Origin: Marsupella aquatica | Lineage: Eukaryota; Plantae; Marchantiophyta | Assembly (NCBI GenBank): GCA_973895155.1 | Contig: OZ316893.1 | Location: forward strand, 22,293,844 to 22,357,843 | DNA length: 64,000 bases | Reading direction: 5' to 3' | Shown: positions 59,315 through 64,000 of the stretch, piece after piece | Position numbering within the stretch: position 1 is the first letter of the stretch | Layout of the letters: each line of letters opens with the position of its first letter | The notes under the pieces: generated by a model | Seen by the model: only the letters and a program-made list of their open reading frames with translations | What the model was told of the DNA's origin: nothing | Database searches by the model: none | Program-made: the position numbers and the translations under genes

Positions 59315-62300
59315 TGTGGTGCGTCCCATGGCTCCCTAAACCCAAGAAACCCCCCAGCTCAAGCCGATTCCCGCAGGTTTCGCGCTTGGCGAGGCCGTTT
59401 CCGCGGCTTAGCGGCATGGGACGCTGCTAACCTTCTACTACTACTGTTAACATTTTACACACATATACTGGACAGATCCTTCATCGGGTCATGAGATACG
59501 TAGCCGGCCTAATCTAGGCCTTCCCCTGTCTTCCCCTCCGTCTTGTTAGGTATGTTTGGATTCCGCCGCCGGAATGATCCCCAATAGGCTTGGTTAAGCC
59601 GCTAAGACCTCTCTCAGCTCGACACATCCAACTCTCACTCCCCTGCTTACTTTCCTTCCTTTTGGTTGATGTGGGCACTCTTCACACAAGTTAATGCGAC
59701 ACACAAATAGCAAAATGACTCATTCTGACTGAGTCATACCATGCACTTGCCATACAAACAGTACATCTCATACACAAGCTCTGCGAACTAAGCCGTGAGG
59801 CCAACTCTATTCAGCTCTTAGGCATGAGGAAACATGAATATACACAAGGGTCACTGTATGACTAACCGAGAGCTTCTCGTACTACTTGATCCCAGCCCGG
59901 CTGGTGCAAACTAAAAACTTGCTAAAGAAGAGGCCCTGAGCTCCCCGCTGCCCAGGTACTTATCCTGGTAGTGGATCCGCCATTCTTTGCATCGTAAGCC
60001 TAATCTACCTAACAGTAATCTACTTGCCCGAATCTACCTATGTACAGCAAGGCAGGAGCACAAGTGTTGCTCCTACCAGTGGAACCGCAATCCCACTAAG
60101 CTAAGTGTCAGGGCCTCTCCTGGTCCTGATCCTAATCCTAAACTTGGAGATCAGCGCCCGCCCTGCCCACTCATGCCTCCTCCCTCCACGTCCGCCCTCC
60201 CTAAAAGGAACGACGCCCTTGCACCGTCACGACACCGATGGAGGATCCTTAATGGACGCCCCCAACGCTTCCTCCTCAGCCACTGCCGTAGGTTCATTCT
60301 CTGACAAATTACCTGCCCTTGACTGAGTCAACTCTCCATCGTCCTGATTGGGTCCACCATCGGCGTCGGCATCGGCTCGGGAATCGGTTATGGCCTCAGC
60401 CTCGGCTACGGTCTCCCCGGCCTGCTCAAGAGGCGGATCTGGAATACCGGCCTCATTACTGAGTAGTTCGGCTTGGGCCGCACCACCCCCACCTATGATG
60501 ATAGCGGGATCTATTGCCGTATTCATGTCGGAGGATGGTGCTGGTTCTACCTCCTTGGTCACCACGGCTTGTGGAGTCGGATTACTCCTTGACCCTGAAG
60601 GTTTCCGCTTTTTCTTCTTTTCTGGTTCGGCAGCTGGTCCCTTCCCCTTCCCACTTACTTCCGGCACTGGTGCAGGTGGCGCGGCTTTTTCTTCGGCCAG
60701 TACCACTCCTGGTAACTTGGTTGCCCCAATTGGAGTTGGGCCTGATGAAGACAAGCACTTAAATACTGCGGCTTGTTTCTTCAGCCGCTCCGTTTGGTTG
60801 TCGGCCCGCCGCTGGAGGTTCTCCATCTTCCTCGTGATTTCCTCCAACTCCTCTTGGGTCTCATCCAGGTCCTTGCGTGCCTCCTCTAGTTCCTTCTGGG
60901 CTTCCTCCCGTTCTTGTTTCAAGGTAGTCCTCTCCTCCCGGGTTGCTCTTAGCTCCTTGTCGAGCTCTACAATGATGACAGACTCCATCTGGTTCATCTT
61001 GGCGTAAGTCTGTTCGAGCATCTCGTCCTTCTCCCTTAGGTCGGCCTTGAAGCTGGCCGTCAGGGACGCAAGCTCCTGCTGCAGCGCCATAATCCCTTGA
61101 TAGGATTTCCCTAACTCGGCCTCCTTCTGCTCAAGGGCTCCGCGGATTTTCTCGAGCTCCCCCTTCAACGCCCATTCCTTTCTTTGGGTCTCCGCCATGG
61201 CCCGGCTGTTGGTTGTTATGTGGGCCTCCTCTGTATTCTTCAGCTCTTGCTTCCACTTCTCCCTCTCTTTGATCGTGTCAGCCAACTCTCCCTGCGTCTG
61301 AGTCAGTTTATCCTTGATATTCTGATTATCAGCCTGCGCGGTGTTCAACTGCCCCTGCATGATGTTCAGCTCATGCCGTTTAATCCGCAGTTCATCTTGG
61401 GCTTTCTTGGCCGCCCTTAGATCTTCAATCTTGGCTTCCATCCTCCTAAGCCGCCGAATGACCTCGTCCTTCTTGCTTCTCTCTAAAGCCACCGCTTCTT
61501 CTAATTGGTGCTTCTCCAACTGCTCCCTATGGAAAAAGGGTCCTACCTCCAACTCCTCTCCAAAGATGCCGAGCGCAAGTTCCCCACACATCTCACCATA
61601 CTCCATGGCTCTATTCTTAGCGTAGGTGGAGTAAGTAGAAGTGATCGGCATCGCCCATCGCGGCCTCTGCTCCCAAGCCGTCTTGCGGATCTCTTCAATC
61701 GTGGCTAGAGGTTTGCTTCCTTTTTTGGCTAGCCGCCTGATGTCCTCCGGCCAATCTCCTCCTGGTAAATCCTTTTCCCTAGCCAGGGCTGCCTCCTCTT
61801 CCTGCCTGATTCGCTCCATAGCCGGAATTATCATGGCTGCAGTCCTCCACTGCCTCCTCTACTTCTTGGACGTCCGGCTTCTCCCTCTCCTCTTCGTCGG
61901 TAGGAGCTTCAGGCAATTCTGCCTCAGATTCGGAGCTTGAGATTCCCACATACATTCGAACACCTGGCTTGGATTCCGGCCTGATTCTCTCCTTGTCTCC
62001 AGCAAAGGGGTTTTCTCTTGTGAGTCGGTGTAGGCCTACCTCTGTAGTAGTGTCCTGCATTGTTGCCGTTGCCGTTATTGTTGCCGATGCCGATTTCTTT
62101 TCTTTCTCCAGTAGTTTCAGCAGACTCTGCATGCCTGGTTGCTGCATTGGCAAGTCCTCCTTCCTGGGCCTAAACACCTGCTCGATCGTAGGGCTAACAG
62201 GTGGTTGAGGCTTCTCAGCCAACGGCCTCGGCGTTGGAGCTTCCTCGGGTGCCCTTACCTGCAGGGGAAGTACTGGGGCAAAAGTCTGACCTCTGGCATA

Positions 62301-63810
62301 CCGGCACAACAGCGGCATGTGATAGCCAAGCCGCGACACGCTCCCCATGCCGATTACCTGCTGCTCCTCCTTTAAGATCTTCTTCAATTGGTTGAGGAGG
62401 TACCCGTTGTAGTCCCGGCTTGGGTCTGGCCTTTCTGCCAGATAGACCTGTGCCTTGCCAATCTCTGCCCTCGGCAAGTTACAATGCATGGTCACCCGCA
62501 AGAAGTCGATCATCTCTCCTATGTGCGGGTTGGTGCAGGTGTTCCAGAAGAAGCCATTCTTCGTTGATGGCCCGGGGAACGACCGGAACTCCTTGTCAGG
62601 CAAGGTCTTCTTGGTATCAACTTTGGTCTTATTGCCTATCGGCAAGCCAAACACTTCGGCAATTACCTTGGGAGTAAGATAGAAATCCTTCCCATATATC
62701 CTCGTGCAATTGGTCTCGGGTTCCCATGACCCCACGAATTCTAATAGGTCTGACTCCGGTACCTCCGGCTTCAGCCATGGTAATCTTACAAAGGCCTCTA
62801 AGCCGGATCCGGCCATGAAGCCTTGATACTTCTTGGTCTGCATTGCCGTAAAGCATGCATCCTCCTCCCGTGCAAAATGTAGTTGCACTTCCACCGGTAG
62901 GGTTGCCGCCTAGCCCTTCCAGGTGTCATCCCTGGTTGGAATGGCCTTGATGGGATCGACCTCCTCCTCTTCGGCTTCTCCCTGCCTCCTGTTCTGCTGC
63001 TTGGCTGGCTTCTTTGGTGCCGCCGACCTTGTTCTTTTTGCCGGGGTGGCTTCATTGTTGATGGCTCCCTTCCTCTTCATCTCTGCTGCCGTGGAGGTTT
63101 CTCCTAGCACCGTTGCCTGGGTCCACCTTTCCGTGCTACCCTTTAATTCCCAGTGTATGTCGTTGCAGTTCTTGATGGCCTCTCGGATGCCGACGACGCT
63201 GTCTTTGCAAAACATAAGATCGTCGAGTTGATTGGAGGTAGGCGTCCACAGGAACTCGTCCTTGATGAGTTCGCCTCCTAAGAAAGCCGTCTTCTGCAGC
63301 TCCCACAATCGAGCAAGCTCCTGCCGTTCTCGAGCTGCCCTTTCTGATTCCTCGTCCTCGTAAGTCTTGATGTACTCAGTTGCCCGTTCGAACAGGCATC
63401 CCCAGAAATGTGTCGCTTGATTGATGTTGCTCATACCCTCCTTAGGTCGATCGTCGGTATCTACTCTCTCCCCGAGTGCTTGCCCAAGCAGCTGACAGTA
63501 GTTGGCCTCCCGTAGTCGTCTGCCTAGTTCATGCTCGCAAATGAGCCACCATCTCCTACAAGCGCTCCTTACCCCTCTCCTCTGCCGGTCCTTCTTCCCG
63601 TTGATCCTTCCTAGCCGCCGACGCTTAACGCGCCCTAACCCTAATCAAGTTTTCACCCTCAGCGTCCTTACCTCCGGCCTCGGCCCGGGTTCCATGGTTG
63701 CCCCTAATGGTTTATATTTTCCTTGTTTTGTCCCTATACTAAGGTGTTCCTAGGGTGCCTTCCTGCTTTACCCACTTAACTGGCCGAGTGATTCCTGTCT
63801 AGGCATCACA
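59315..63810 (-). mobile_element. Family-A solo LTR (4496 bp, internal ~167-bp deletion at ~61817)
   Basis: TG...CA termini; TSD ATACA (59310-59314, 63811-63815). Confidence 0.95.
60227..63695 (-). pseudogene. Accessory gene copy in the solo LTR (stops plus frameshifting deletion)
   Basis: ORFs 62910..63434, 61779..62894 and 60227..61834 match the 1199-aa protein. Confidence 0.9.
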
Positions 63811-64000
63811 ATACAACATAAATGTTGTGAGCTGTAAACGCTCTGCTGAGCCTATGAGACGCTCTCCAGATGCCCCAGTGAGTCTATCATCCTCGTAGTC
63901 AGCTCGTACCGCCTCATCTATCCATCCCCTAGGAGCACTAGGATCTAGTGTGGCAACTATGCTTGTACAGTAAAACATACTCTCTGCTCCAAGATGACGC
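63811..64000 (-). pseudogene. CACTA-2 TnpD, segment upstream of the LTR insertion
   Basis: Translates ESMFYCTSIVATLDP...DDRLTGAS...QLTTFMLY, matching CACTA-1 ESIFYCSNILATIDP...DRLTGAT...QLTTFML. Confidence 0.85.

Larger units (their letters stand above)
57827..64000 (-). mobile_element. CACTA element 2 (one terminus; extends beyond the window)
   Basis: CACTAGTACATTTT at 57827, dense TCCGATA/TATCGGA subterminal repeats (~57880-58370), TnpD 3' end further in. Confidence 0.85.

Noticed and set aside
164-63753. Numerous short antisense/overlapping ORFs (Ser/Leu-rich, repeated in each LTR copy)
   Set aside because: Shadows of the E/K-rich sense ORF; they recur only because the LTR is repeated

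Overview
Eukaryotic, almost certainly land-plant, transposon-rich DNA: GT-AG introns, CCCTAAA-type motifs and plant TE families, with no clear host housekeeping gene, rRNA, tRNA or CRISPR array. The nesting can be rebuilt from target-site duplications (TSDs). (1) A degenerate DDD-type, Sola/DUF7869-like transposase gene (minus strand, ~39757->2039) is split by two insertions. (2) The first is a complete CACTA element (2686-21105, TSD AGT). (3) The second is a full-length non-chromovirus Ty3/Gypsy element (22841-38334, TSD TATTG). The headline feature is that this element's ~4.6-kb LTRs each carry a ~1100-1200-aa sense-strand gene (plant-mobile-domain-like region plus coiled coil), so solo LTRs (5236-13913, 59315-63810, partial 1-1557) are self-contained gene cassettes. 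A second, divergent 4.0-kb TG...CA element (6726-10733) encodes a homologous protein. The CACTA element has a SET-domain exon inside the first intron of its transposase gene, in phase for alternative splicing to a shared Cys/His exon, plus a divergently transcribed TnpA-like gene. Further right are tandem duplications, a decayed gene with a ParB/Srx-like motif and a possible MTase-like C-terminus flanked by AACCATGGTT palindromes, and the end of a second CACTA element. Family and domain names come from motif recognition by eye, not database searches.
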